A DNA stretch of 64,000 nucleotides from Candidatus Aminicenantes bacterium (lineage in GTDB: Bacteria > Acidobacteriota > Aminicenantia > Aminicenantales > Saccharicenantaceae), in assembly GCA_963773685.1 (NCBI GenBank), contig CAVZBY010000006.1:24710-88709 (forward strand). Direction: 5' to 3'. Both the position numbers and the translations under genes were made by a program. The notes under the pieces were generated by a model. It did not search any database. It saw nothing but the letters and a program-made list of their open reading frames with translations, and was not told the DNA's origin. Below, piece after piece: positions 25,801 to 36,704 of the stretch; positions within the stretch are counted from its first letter, which is position 1, and every line of letters starts with the position of its first letter.

Positions 25801-26922
25801 TTAGAGCCCAAGTTCGTTCCTCAGCTGGAGCTCTCTCAGGACGTCGGTCCGGCAGATGATGCCGACGAGCCTGCCGGCCTCCATGACGGGGATCTCGTGA
25901 ACGTCCCCGGCCGTCAGCCGGGCCAGGATCTCGTTGCCGTCGGCTTCCGGGGCCACGGCCTGGAGCTCATCCCTCGGGGTCATGATCTCACCGACGGTAG
26001 ACCGACGGCCAGCGGTCCCGGGGGGTCGCTTTGACGTCCTCCAGGCAGACGATGCCCTTCAGGTCGCCGCCGAGGTCGGTGACCAGGAAGACGCGCCCCT
26101 TCTTGGCAAGGATGTGATCGTCCACCAGCTTTTGCACGGATAGACCCGGGCATGACCGTCTCGAAATCCCTGGTCATAAGGTTTCCGGCGTTGAGGCCGC
26201 GCAAGGCCGATCGGACGGCGACCTGGTCATAGCCCCGGATCGAAGCGCTGTGAAGGAACCAGCCGATGAGGACGAACCAGAGCCCTCCCAGGTCGCCCCT
26301 GAGGAAGCGGAAAAGGCCCAGGAAGATGAAAAGGAACGCGAAGGCCTGTCCGCTCCGGGAGGCGACGCGCGTCGCCTTCTTCAGGTCGCCCGTGGCCTTC
26401 CAGACGATGGACCGGAAGACCCTCCCTCCGTCCAACGGGAATCCGGGCAGGAGGTTGAAGATCCCCAGCCCGACGTTGATGACGGCAAGATAGAGAGCGG
26501 AGGCATGGAGGGGCTGGCTCACGGCGCCGAGGAGGAGGGAGGCCAGATAAAAGAGCCCGGCGAGGGCGAAGCTGGTCAGGGGGCCCGACGAAGGCCATGC
26601 GGAATTCCTGGAGAGGCGCCTTGGGCTCCTCGCTGATCTGGGCGACCCCGCCGAGGAGGAACAGGGTGATGCTCCGGACCTTCTCGCCCTGCCGGATGGC
26701 GACCAGGGAATGGGCCAGCTCGTGGACGAGGACCGAGGCGAAGACGAGGAGGCTGGTCATGACGCCCATCGCCCAGGAAAGCTCCCTCGTCCAGTGCGGA
26801 TACTGCCTCGGGAAGTAGCCCCCGGCCATCGACCAGCTGAAAAGGACGAAGATCACGATCCAGCTCGAATCGATGTTGATGTCGATGCCGAAGACGCGTC
26901 CGATGCGCCAGCCGGTCTTCAT
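25801..26922 (-). CDS. Site-2 protease (M50) with CBS domains (frameshifted)
   Basis: HELAH, FNLLPGFPLDGG; C-terminal MTPR...IPVMEAGRLVGII CBS repeat. Confidence 0.9.
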
Positions 26923-26949
26923 TCGGGAACGCCCTTCGGGGCCGCCCCT

Positions 26950-27459
26950 TCAGGGGCCGACATGGAACAGGTCCTGCGCGATGTGGAAGTCCTCGACGTC
27001 GTAATAATCGGGGAACCGGGACAGGAGGTCGATCTCGGAGCGGATCATGGCGGCATGGCTCCGCTCGACGCGGCCGAGATAGGTCAGGATCCGGCGGCTC
27101 GCCTCCTCCTCGGCCTTCTCCGCCGCCTCGCCGTACACCCGTTCGGAGATCTCCTCGGCCTCGAGCGCGGCCTTGAACAGGTCGAGGACCGAAGGGGCCT
27201 CCCCGAGTCCCGCGCCGATGGGCGGCATCGGCGAGCGCTCCGGCACCTCGAGGCTCATCCCGTCGTACCGCTCGGCGAAGAGCCGCTCGAGGATCTTCCG
27301 GTGCTGTTCCTCCTCGAAGGCCAGGAACGCCAGCTTCCGGACGAGGAGGGAGTTCTTCACCCTCCCCCCGAGCTTCTTGTAGAACGCCGCCGCGTCGATC
27401 TCCGAACGGATGGCCGCGGCGACGACCTGGAACGGCCGAAGTTCCGGCTGTAAAGCCAT
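26950..27459 (-). CDS. Ferritin-like (rubrerythrin-family) diiron protein without a rubredoxin domain
   Basis: AIRSEIDAAAFY, EEEQH, ALEAEEISERVY, ERSH ExxH pairs. Confidence 0.8.
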   Translation of the reverse strand: MALQPELRPFQVVAAAIRSEIDAAAFYKKLGGRVKNSLLVRKLAFLAFEEEQHRKILERLFAERYDGMSLEVPERSPMPPIGAGLGEAPSVLDLFKAALEAEEISERVYGEAAEKAEEEASRRILTYLGRVERSHAAMIRSEIDLLSRFPDYYDVEDFHIAQDLFHVGP

Positions 27460-27488
27460 GGGACCCTCCATCGTTCCGGGCCCGGGGC

Positions 27489-27992
27489 CTAGAACTTTAC
27501 GAATTTTTCCTTGGGCGAGCCGCAGACGGGGCACTTATCGGGAGCTTCGCCCTCCACGGTGAAGCCGCAAACGGAGCAGACGTGGATGGGCGCGGCGTCG
27601 ATGTCCTTGCCCTTTTCGACGGCCGCCTTGGCCTGCCCGTAGATCCGGGCGTGGACCTTCTCCGCGGCCAGCGCATATTCCGAGTACATGAGAGCGGGCT
27701 TCTCGCCCTGGAGCTCCGCGACCTTGACATAGACGGGGTACATTTCGTCGATCTCGAAGGTCTCTCCCGCGATCGCGGCGCCCAGGTTCGCCGCGGTCGT
27801 CCCGACACCCGCGAGCGTCTTCAGGTGGTTGATCGCGTGGACCTGCTCGGAATAGGCGGTCGCCTGGAACATCCGGGCGACGTTCGGCAGGTTCTCGGAG
27901 GCCGCCTTGGCCGAGAAGGCCAGGTACCTGACGTGGGCCTGGCTCTCTCCGGCAAGGGCATCCTTGACGTTGGCTTCGGTCATCTTTTTCAT
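27489..27992 (-). CDS. rbr: Rubrerythrin
   Basis: AGESQA, SEQVHA, GETFE, AEKVH; C-terminal CSVCG...CPVC rubredoxin-like domain. Confidence 0.92.
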   Translation of the reverse strand: MKKMTEANVKDALAGESQAHVRYLAFSAKAASENLPNVARMFQATAYSEQVHAINHLKTLAGVGTTAANLGAAIAGETFEIDEMYPVYVKVAELQGEKPALMYSEYALAAEKVHARIYGQAKAAVEKGKDIDAAPIHVCSVCGFTVEGEAPDKCPVCGSPKEKFVKF

Positions 27993-28010
27993 GACGTCCC
28001 TCCTTCTTCT

Positions 28011-28922
28011 CTAGATGGCAAGCATTCTGACGATGGCCCCCCGGGCCCGGTCGGCCGTGGGGGTGGGGACCGTGATCCGATGGGTCCCCGTTTCGAGGGA
28101 CCTCAGGACCTTGACGAGCGTGGTCTTTTTCATATTGACGCAGAACGCCATTTCCCGGGCAGGGAAATATTCCACGGCCGGGTTCTCCTTCTTCAGGCGG
28201 TGGATGATCCCCGCTTCCGTGGCCAGGATGACCGTCCGGCGGGCCGTCGTCCGGGCTTCCCGGACCATGCCTCCCGTGGACAGGACCTTGTCCGCGGCGT
28301 CGAGGACCTCGAGGGGGCATTCCGGGTGGGCCCAGACCTCGGCGTCCGGATGGAGGGCCTTCTTGTCCCGGATATCGGAGGCCCGGAACCGATTGTGGAC
28401 GTAACAATATCCGTCCCAGGCGATGATCTTCCGTCCCGTCCGGCGGGCGACCCAGGCGGCCAGGTTCTTGTCGGGGACGAAGAGGACCTCGCCCGCGGGG
28501 AGCGAATTCACGACCCTCTCCGCGTTGGAGGACGTACAGCAGATGTCGGATTCGGCCTTGACCTCGGCCGTCGTGTTGACATAGCAGACGACCGGGCGCC
28601 CGGGATATTTCGCCTTCCAGTCCCTGAGCTCCGCGGCCGTGATCATATCGGCCATGGGGCAACCCGCGTCCTGTTCGGGGAGAAGGACGGTCTTTTCCGG
28701 GGCCAGGATCGCGGCGGTCTCGGCCATGAAGTGGACCCCGCAGAAGACGATGGTCCCCGCATCCACGGCCGCGGCCTTCTGGCTGAGCTCGAGGGAGTCG
28801 CCGACGAAATCGGCGGCGTCCTGGACGTCCCCCGGCTGGTAGTTGTGGGCGATGATGACCGCCCCCCGCGCCGCCTTGAGCCGGGCGATATCCCGGAAGA
28901 GCCGTTCCCGTTCATCGTTCAT
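28011..28922 (-). CDS. nadA: Quinolinate synthase
   Basis: IAHNYQ, GDSLELS, FCGVHFMAETA, GCPMAD, YVNTTA, CTSSNA, WAHPEC, CVNMK. Confidence 0.95.
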   Translation of the reverse strand: MNDERERLFRDIARLKAARGAVIIAHNYQPGDVQDAADFVGDSLELSQKAAAVDAGTIVFCGVHFMAETAAILAPEKTVLLPEQDAGCPMADMITAAELRDWKAKYPGRPVVCYVNTTAEVKAESDICCTSSNAERVVNSLPAGEVLFVPDKNLAAWVARRTGRKIIAWDGYCYVHNRFRASDIRDKKALHPDAEVWAHPECPLEVLDAADKVLSTGGMVREARTTARRTVILATEAGIIHRLKKENPAVEYFPAREMAFCVNMKKTTLVKVLRSLETGTHRITVPTPTADRARGAIVRMLAI

Positions 28923-28938
28923 GGCCGGACCCGGGGCG

Positions 28939-29517
28939 CTATTTTTCCAGGGCTTCGCCGCAGTGGACGCAGGTTTCGACGCCCTTCTTGTTGAGGTCCC
29001 CGCAGGACGGGCACTCGACGAATTCGATGTCGCACTTCCGGCAGAGCTCTCCGGCGCCCTCCTCGACGAGCGGGCCTTCGCAGTAAGGGCAGGCGCATTC
29101 TTCCGCCGGGCCCTCCGGGGCCGCCTTCGCCCCGGCCCCTGCGGCGGGAGCCTGCTTCTCCCGGTAGTTGACGATCGCCGCATGGAGGGCGTCGGCCCCC
29201 AGGTTCGAGCAATGGAGCTTGTTCTTGGGAAGGCCGCCCAGCTCCTCCGCGACGAGGCTGTTGGTGATCTTCATGGCCTCGTCCAGGGTCTTGCCCATGG
29301 CCATTTCGCTGACGATGCTCGAGACGGCGATGGCCGCCCCGCAGCCGAACGTCTGGAACTTGATGTCCGCCAGGCGGCCGTCCGCGACCTTGATATAAAA
29401 GGTCATCATGTCGCCGCAGACGGGATTGCCGACCTGGCCGACGCCGTCGGCATCCTTGATGACGCCCACGTTGCGGGGGTTCTGGAAATGCTCCATGACC
29501 TTATCGGTATAGATCAT
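28939..29517 (-). CDS. nifU: NifU/IscU-type Fe-S scaffold with a C-terminal Cys-rich extension
   Basis: YTDKVMEHFQNPRNVG, GNPVCGD, FQTFGCGAAIA, KLHCS; tail with CPYC, CRKC, CPSC, CVHC. Confidence 0.9.
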   Translation of the reverse strand: MIYTDKVMEHFQNPRNVGVIKDADGVGQVGNPVCGDMMTFYIKVADGRLADIKFQTFGCGAAIAVSSIVSEMAMGKTLDEAMKITNSLVAEELGGLPKNKLHCSNLGADALHAAIVNYREKQAPAAGAGAKAAPEGPAEECACPYCEGPLVEEGAGELCRKCDIEFVECPSCGDLNKKGVETCVHCGEALEK

Positions 29518-30695
29518 GACGTCTTCTCCTCGAGGAATTTCGTGTAGAGCGGGGACATCCGGCGCAGCCTGTCGACGATCGGGGGGAAGACCTCGAGGAC
29601 GCGGTCGATGTCCGCGGCCGTGGTCGTCTCGAGCAGGCTGAATACGAGCGAGCCCTGGGCCAGGGCATGGTCCAGGCCCATGGCCAGGAGGACGTGGGAG
29701 GCTTTGAGGGACTTGGAGGTGCAGGCCGAGCCGCTCGAGGCCGCGACGCCCTTCATGTCGAGGTGGAGGAGCATGGCCTCGCCTTCGATGAACTCCACGC
29801 AGAAGCTCGCGTGGTGCGGGAGCCGGTTCGACGGGTCGCCCGTGAGAACGGAGCGGTCCACCCGCTCGAGGAGACCGCGGATCAGGCGGTCCCGGAGAGG
29901 AGCCTCGGCCGCGATCCTCGCCGGCATCTCCGCCGCGGCGAGCTCGGCCGCGCGCCCCAGGCCAACGACGGCGGGGACGTTCTCGGTCCCCCCGCGGCGG
30001 CCCCCTTCCTGGACGCCGCCGTCGACGAGCGGAACGATCCGCGTCCCCTTCCGGAGATAGAGGGCGGCCGCCCCCTTGGGCCCGTAGAATTGGTCGGCGG
30101 CCAGGCTCAGGGCATCCGCCCCGATGGCGCGGACGTCGACCGGAATATTCCCCGCCGCCGCCACGGCGTCCGTGTGGAACAGGATCCCGTTTGCGCGAAC
30201 AATGCGGGCGATCTCGGCCACGGGCTCCAGGGTCCCGACCTCGCTGTTGGCGGTCTGGACGGAGACGAGGACCGTGTCCTTCGTCAGCGCCTTCCGGACG
30301 TCTTCGGGATCGACACGGCCGAGCCCGTCGACGGGCACGAGCACCGTCTCGAAGCCGAGCTTCTCCAGGCTCTTGGCCGCGTTCAGGACCGAAAGGTGCT
30401 CGATCGCCGAGACGACGATCCGCTTGCCCTTGGACCGGCCGGCCAGGGCCAGGCCTTTGACGGCCAGGTTATTCGATTCGGACCCCGAGGCGGTGAAAAG
30501 GACCTCCTCGGCCGAGGCCCCGATGAGGCCGGCGACCCGGCCCCTCGCCTCATCGACGGCCTGAAGGGCTTCCTGTCCGCCGGAATGGAGGCTCTGGGGG
30601 TTCGCGAAGCGCTCCCTCAGGAAAGGGAGCATGGTCTCGACGACCTCCGGCCGCAGAGGCGTCGCCGCGATGTGATCGAGATATATGCCGCTCAT
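29514..30695 (-). CDS. nifS: Cysteine desulfurase (NifS/IscS type)
   Basis: YLDHIAATP, FTASGSESNN, ANSEVGT, HTDAV, RGGTEN, SSGSACTS. Confidence 0.93.
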   Translation of the reverse strand: MSGIYLDHIAATPLRPEVVETMLPFLRERFANPQSLHSGGQEALQAVDEARGRVAGLIGASAEEVLFTASGSESNNLAVKGLALAGRSKGKRIVVSAIEHLSVLNAAKSLEKLGFETVLVPVDGLGRVDPEDVRKALTKDTVLVSVQTANSEVGTLEPVAEIARIVRANGILFHTDAVAAAGNIPVDVRAIGADALSLAADQFYGPKGAAALYLRKGTRIVPLVDGGVQEGGRRGGTENVPAVVGLGRAAELAAAEMPARIAAEAPLRDRLIRGLLERVDRSVLTGDPSNRLPHHASFCVEFIEGEAMLLHLDMKGVAASSGSACTSKSLKASHVLLAMGLDHALAQGSLVFSLLETTTAADIDRVLEVFPPIVDRLRRMSPLYTKFLEEKTS

Positions 30696-30726
30696 GCCGC
30701 CCTGCCCGTCCTGGAGTCTTCCGGCA

Positions 30727-30945
30727 TCAGACGGATTCGACGCTCTTGACCTCGGGGACCTCCTTCCGGAGGTGGCGCTCGATCCCCATCTTGAGGGTCA
30801 TCTGCGACATCGGACATCCGCCGCAGGCCCCCGTCAGCCGGACCTTGACGACGCCGTCGACGACATCGACCAGCTCGACGTCCCCGCCGTCGGCCTGCAG
30901 GGCGGGGCGGATCTTGTTCAGGGATTTTTCGACCTTTTCTCTCAT
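30727..30945 (-). CDS. Nfu (NifU C-terminal domain) Fe-S carrier
   Basis: [34 protein letters not shown]. Confidence 0.92.
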   Translation of the reverse strand: MREKVEKSLNKIRPALQADGGDVELVDVVDGVVKVRLTGACGGCPMSQMTLKMGIERHLRKEVPEVKSVESV

Positions 30946-31084
30946 GACTGCGCTCCTTGGAAGGGCTGTCGAATAGAGTTCTATTCTACGTCTTTCCGGG
31001 ACGTCTGACAATAGACCCTACAAAAATAGTAGGGAATGGGGCCGCGCCCTCCGCCCGGACCGAGGGGGCGGCGTCCCGGCCCGG

Positions 31085-31279
31085 CTACTTCTTCCCGCGC
31101 GTCTTCGGCGCGGGCTTCTTCGCCGGGGCCTTCTTCATCGGCGCGCCGCAGCAGATGAAGACGTGTTCCTCGGCGCAGCCGCAGACGGGGTCGATCACCG
31201 CGTAAGCACCGCAGACCGCGCACGAATAGGCCGATCCGGCGGTCTTCCCGGCCTTCGGTTTCGCTTTCGGTACAGGCAT
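31085..31279 (-). CDS. Small Cys-rich protein (desulfoferrodoxin N-domain-like CxxC...CC) with Lys/Ala/Pro-rich tails
   Basis: YSCAVCG...CGC...ICCGAPM; GAGGAGG RBS. Confidence 0.7.
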   Translation of the reverse strand: MPVPKAKPKAGKTAGSAYSCAVCGAYAVIDPVCGCAEEHVFICCGAPMKKAPAKKPAPKTRGKK

Positions 31280-31289
31280 GGTTCCCTCC

Positions 31290-32759
31290 TCACTTCCAGT
31301 CCAGGAGCCTTTTCTGGCCTTCCAGGGCCCTGATCCCGGTGACGTCCTGAGTGACCTCGATGCATCCCTTGTACGTCCCGACCTTGTCGCGGACGGCGAA
31401 ATAGCGGATGTGGACGAACCGTCCGCCGAGCTCGATCCAGAACTCGGCCGCGTCCCTCGTCCCCGACCGGAACGCCTCGAGGATCGCGTTCACGACGGGA
31501 AGGCTCTTCCCGGGGTGGCAGTTCTGGACGTTCCGGCCGATGACCGCAGGGGTCCGGACGAAGATCCTGTCCTCCGTCCCCGAATAATAGCGGACGACGT
31601 CGTCGGCGTCCACGAAGGAGACATCCAGCGGCAGATGGGTCAGGAGAAGATCGATCTGTTCGAGGGTCAAAGCCCCCATGTTCAGCTCGAGGGCCCCCCC
31701 GGGCCGGACATATGGAGGCACCGGCGCCGGCCCTTCCTTCGAGGGAGCGGACGGGACCCATTCCGTTCCGGGGAGGATCCAGGCATAGCCGATCTCTTCC
31801 TCCCCCTTCTTGACGCGGGCCCAATCGCCGTCGTCGAGCGTTTCCAGGCTCATCGGCAGGAGGATCTTTTCCTCCTTGTAGATCATGTCGGCCATTTCCG
31901 TGGCGAGCCAGCGCCCCAGGCGGAACGCGGAGCCCAGGTCGTTCGCCTCGAGAAGGCCCCGGAACTCCTTGAGGTGCCCGCGGATGTCGTCGTGGATGGC
32001 CCACATGACCTTGGACGGCCCGCTCACGCCCTTGGCCTCGAGGAGGGGAAAGAGCTGGTTCTCTTTTTTCAGGTAGTGTTTTTCCACCTCGGCCAGCTTC
32101 CCGGCCAGGGCCTTCAGGGCCGCGGCCGTCTCGGCCGGCGGCGGGAGAACCCTTCCGGAATCCGGTTCCGGGATCAGAGCCCTGAGCTCGGCGAGAAGCC
32201 CGTCCAGGGCCCGGTTCTCGGCCATGAGGGTGTGCAAAGGATGGCCGGGCATGGCCTCGGCCGATTCGCGGCCCTCGAGGGATTCCTTGAAGACCTGGAC
32301 GTGGACGTCGCAGAGCCGTTTGACCTCGTCCTCGGGCATCCCCTCGTCGATCAGGGCCTGTTCCATGGCGGCGATCTCGGCCGGGGCGACCTCGCGGACG
32401 AGGGTGCGGAACCTTTCCTTCAGGGCCGCGAGGTCCTCTCCCCGATGAAGATCGCGGATGATCCCCTTGAGGACTTCCTGGCGGTCCTTGCGGGCGTCGA
32501 CGGGCGAAGGGGCGGGGCCCGTTTCGACCTTGTCCCCCGTCCGGACCTCGATCTCGGCGGCCAGCGCGGCGACGAGCGCATCGAGATCCACGCCGCCCAT
32601 CGAGGCCACCTTATCCAGGCGGACCATCTTCCCGACCGTCCGCCTCAGGATCGGGTTCGTGATCATCCCGAATTTGGGCGAGAAGCGAGCCAGGAACTCC
32701 GGAAGGAACGGGTATCTTTTCAGGAGGTCGTCCAGACGCGTATCGCCGTCGATCTTCAT
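31290..32759 (-). CDS. DUF1858/DUF438-hemerythrin-PAS domain protein
   Basis: LKGIIRDLHRGE, EIAAMEQALI, RLCDVH, HPLHTLMAEN, HYLKKENQLFP, KEEKILLP; PAS LPLDVSFVDADD...NCHP. Confidence 0.85.
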   Translation of the reverse strand: MKIDGDTRLDDLLKRYPFLPEFLARFSPKFGMITNPILRRTVGKMVRLDKVASMGGVDLDALVAALAAEIEVRTGDKVETGPAPSPVDARKDRQEVLKGIIRDLHRGEDLAALKERFRTLVREVAPAEIAAMEQALIDEGMPEDEVKRLCDVHVQVFKESLEGRESAEAMPGHPLHTLMAENRALDGLLAELRALIPEPDSGRVLPPPAETAAALKALAGKLAEVEKHYLKKENQLFPLLEAKGVSGPSKVMWAIHDDIRGHLKEFRGLLEANDLGSAFRLGRWLATEMADMIYKEEKILLPMSLETLDDGDWARVKKGEEEIGYAWILPGTEWVPSAPSKEGPAPVPPYVRPGGALELNMGALTLEQIDLLLTHLPLDVSFVDADDVVRYYSGTEDRIFVRTPAVIGRNVQNCHPGKSLPVVNAILEAFRSGTRDAAEFWIELGGRFVHIRYFAVRDKVGTYKGCIEVTQDVTGIRALEGQKRLLDWK

Positions 32760-32838
32760 ATTGACCCCTCGAAATGGCATTGTACCAGATTCGCCGGGCA
32801 CGGTGAAGGCCGGGGCCCCGGTCCGGAACCGGCCGCCG

Positions 32839-34236
<1,398 letters not shown>

Positions 34237-34265
34237 CTATCAGAACCCGTGGGGCCGCGGCAAGA

Positions 34266-35274
34266 TTAAAAGCTGATCGCGGCCTGGACAACGACGAGAT
34301 TGTTCTTCAGCGCGGGCCCCTTTTCCCTGTTGATGTCGTATTCCGCCTTGACGACGAAGGTCGGGCTGAGAAAATAGCGGGCCCCGAGGGCCCACCGGCT
34401 CCGGACGGATAGGAGCTCGACGCCGCCTTCGAGGGCGATGAGAGGAAGTCCGGGACCGCTTTCCCCGGGATCCCAGCGCTGGAAGCTCGCCACCGGCTGG
34501 AGCTTGCCCATATAGAGGGCGACGAGCCCGAAGAAGCCGTCCGCCTTCCCGTCGGGGGCTCCTCCGGGATTGTTCCAGACGCCCCTCGTGTATTCGCCCC
34601 TGACCTCGTAATCCTTGGTGACCCAGGTCAGGTCGGCGCCTTCGAGGACGAGGCGAAACGAGTTGTCCGCGTCGTATTTCCCCATATAATAGGAGCCGCC
34701 GATCTCGAAGCCCTCGCCCAGGACGATCCCCAGCCGCCCGCCCTTGGCCTTGTCCTTGTTGATGTCCCGGAACATCTGCCCGGCGGCGGCACCGTCCTTC
34801 TCCCCCAACCCGTTCGCGAGATAGGCGGCGTAGCGCAGGAAACCGATGCGGCCCTGGGTCGTAAGCCCGATGTCCCTCCAGCTCTCGGGATAAGCCGCCT
34901 CGAGGTTGAGAGGGAGATTGACCAGAACCGTCTGCTGGGGGCGGTTGGATTCGTTGTACTTTCCGAACGGGACGAGGAAGAGCCCAAGCCGGAGGTCCCC
35001 GGAGCCTCCGAGCTTGAAGCGCGGCGAGCGCCTGTTCGAGCTCGAACCTCGACTCCGACCGGAACCTCGCCTCGACCAGGAACGAAAATCCCTGGCCCAG
35101 GTCTCCGCTCGCCAAGGCGCCGCCGCCGAGGTCCTCGAAGCTCCCGTGGCTCGCGCGGCCCCCCTCCTGCCCCTTCAGGAACGAGAAGGAAAGGTATCCG
35201 CCGGTCTGGATCTCGGCGCTGAAACCGAGGGACGCGATAAGGAGGATCCCGATCCCCGACAATATTCGTTTCAT
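34266..35274 (-). CDS. Outer-membrane porin-like beta-barrel (frameshift near 35030)
   Basis: Signal peptide MKRILSGIG...GFSA, GLFLVPFGKYN, amphipathic strands, C-terminal VQAAISF. Confidence 0.7.
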
Positions 35275-35279
35275 GGATC

Positions 35280-36482
35280 TCATAGGCCCGCCAGGTCGAA
35301 GCCTTCCTCGAGGATGTCGGCCTTCCAGGCGGCGACGTTCTTGCGGGACGCGGTCAGCCGGGCGATGTCGGCGGCCCCTTTCTTCGTCCCCATCCAGATC
35401 GCGCCTTCGAGGGCCCCGTCCTTCAGGACGAGCTTCTTGTAGACCCCGGCTTCGGCGTCCTCCTTGGCGATGATCTCGTACCCGGCCCCCTCGGGGTTGA
35501 CCAGTCCGACGGATGTCACGAAAAGCCCGACGACCTTGAGCGTGTTCGACGGGACCGTGCCTTCGTACTTCTTGTCCAGGCCCAGCATGCCGTACGCGGC
35601 CGCCCGGGCCTGGTCGAAGGAGGCCGGGATGATGCCGTAGACACGTCCCTTGTGCTGGGCGACGTCACCCGCCGCGTAGACCGACGGATGGCTCGTCCGC
35701 AGGGAATCGTCGACGACGACGCCCCGGTCCGTTTCGAGGCCCGCGTCTTTGGCCAAGGCGACGTTGGGGTGCACGCCCGCCGCGAAGACGACCATGTCGG
35801 CCTCGGCCGAGCCCCCGTCCTGGAACCTCAGCCCCGAGGCTTCGCCGGCGCCCGTGATCTCCTCGGCCGACGCCCCCAGCCGGACGGCGATCCCCATCCG
35901 CTCGATCTGGGCCTTGAGAAGGGCGGCGCCGGGCGCATCCAGCTGACGCGGAAGGAGCCGGTCGAAGAACTCGGTCACGGAGACCTCCGCCCCCCGGGTC
36001 TTGAGGGCCCGGGCGATCTCGAGCCCCAACAGTCCGCCGCCCAGGACGGCAACCCGCCGCCGCGTCTTCAGCATCTCCAGGATGGATAGGGCGTCGTCGA
36101 GGGTCCTGAGCGCGAAGACGCCCTTCTTGTCCGCTCCCCTGACGGGAGGAACCACGGCCGAAGATCCGGTGGCCAGCAGGAGCCGGTCGAACGTTGAGGT
36201 GGCCCCTTCCCGGGTCGCGACGGTCCCTGACGCGGGGTCGATACGGACGACGGGCGATCCGAGACGGACGGAGATGTTCAGACGCTCGTGCCAGTTGGGA
36301 GGGAACGCGAAGAGCTTCTCGTACGGAAGGGATCCGGCCACGAAGTCGATGAGATTGGGCCGGGGATAATACGGGTAGCGCTCCTCGGCGATGATCTCGA
36401 TCGCGACGGACGGGTCGAGCTCCCGCAGTCCCTTGGCGGCCATCGTCCCGGCCAGCCCGTTGCCGACGATGACGGCTTTCAT
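35280..36482 (-). CDS. FAD/NAD(P)-dependent oxidoreductase, probable NADH:rubredoxin oxidoreductase
   Basis: IVGNGLAG, LLATGS, GGGLLGLE, YAAGDVA; directly downstream of rubredoxin. Confidence 0.8.
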   Translation of the reverse strand: MKAVIVGNGLAGTMAAKGLRELDPSVAIEIIAEERYPYYPRPNLIDFVAGSLPYEKLFAFPPNWHERLNISVRLGSPVVRIDPASGTVATREGATSTFDRLLLATGSSAVVPPVRGADKKGVFALRTLDDALSILEMLKTRRRVAVLGGGLLGLEIARALKTRGAEVSVTEFFDRLLPRQLDAPGAALLKAQIERMGIAVRLGASAEEITGAGEASGLRFQDGGSAEADMVVFAAGVHPNVALAKDAGLETDRGVVVDDSLRTSHPSVYAAGDVAQHKGRVYGIIPASFDQARAAAYGMLGLDKKYEGTVPSNTLKVVGLFVTSVGLVNPEGAGYEIIAKEDAEAGVYKKLVLKDGALEGAIWMGTKKGAADIARLTASRKNVAAWKADILEEGFDLAGL

Positions 36483-36506
36483 CGGAGCCTCACGGACGTC
36501 CGGGCG

Positions 36507-36668
36507 TCAGGCGACCTTCTGGAAGAATTCCTTGCCGACGCCGCACTGGGGACAGACCCACGTTTCCGGGAGGTCTTCGAACCGCGTCCCCGGGGGAAAC
36601 CCGTGCTCCGGGTCGCCGGCCGCCGGGTCATAAATGTAACCGCATGCCGTGCATTCCCACTTTTCCAT
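36507..36668 (-). CDS. Rubredoxin (53 aa, not in the ORF track)
   Basis: Hand translation [53 protein letters not shown]; AGAGGAG RBS. Confidence 0.95.
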   Translation of the reverse strand: MEKWECTACGYIYDPAAGDPEHGFPPGTRFEDLPETWVCPQCGVGKEFFQKVA

Positions 36669-36704
36669 GCCTGTCCTCCTCTTCGGTCGTCGGATATGCG
36701 CGCG

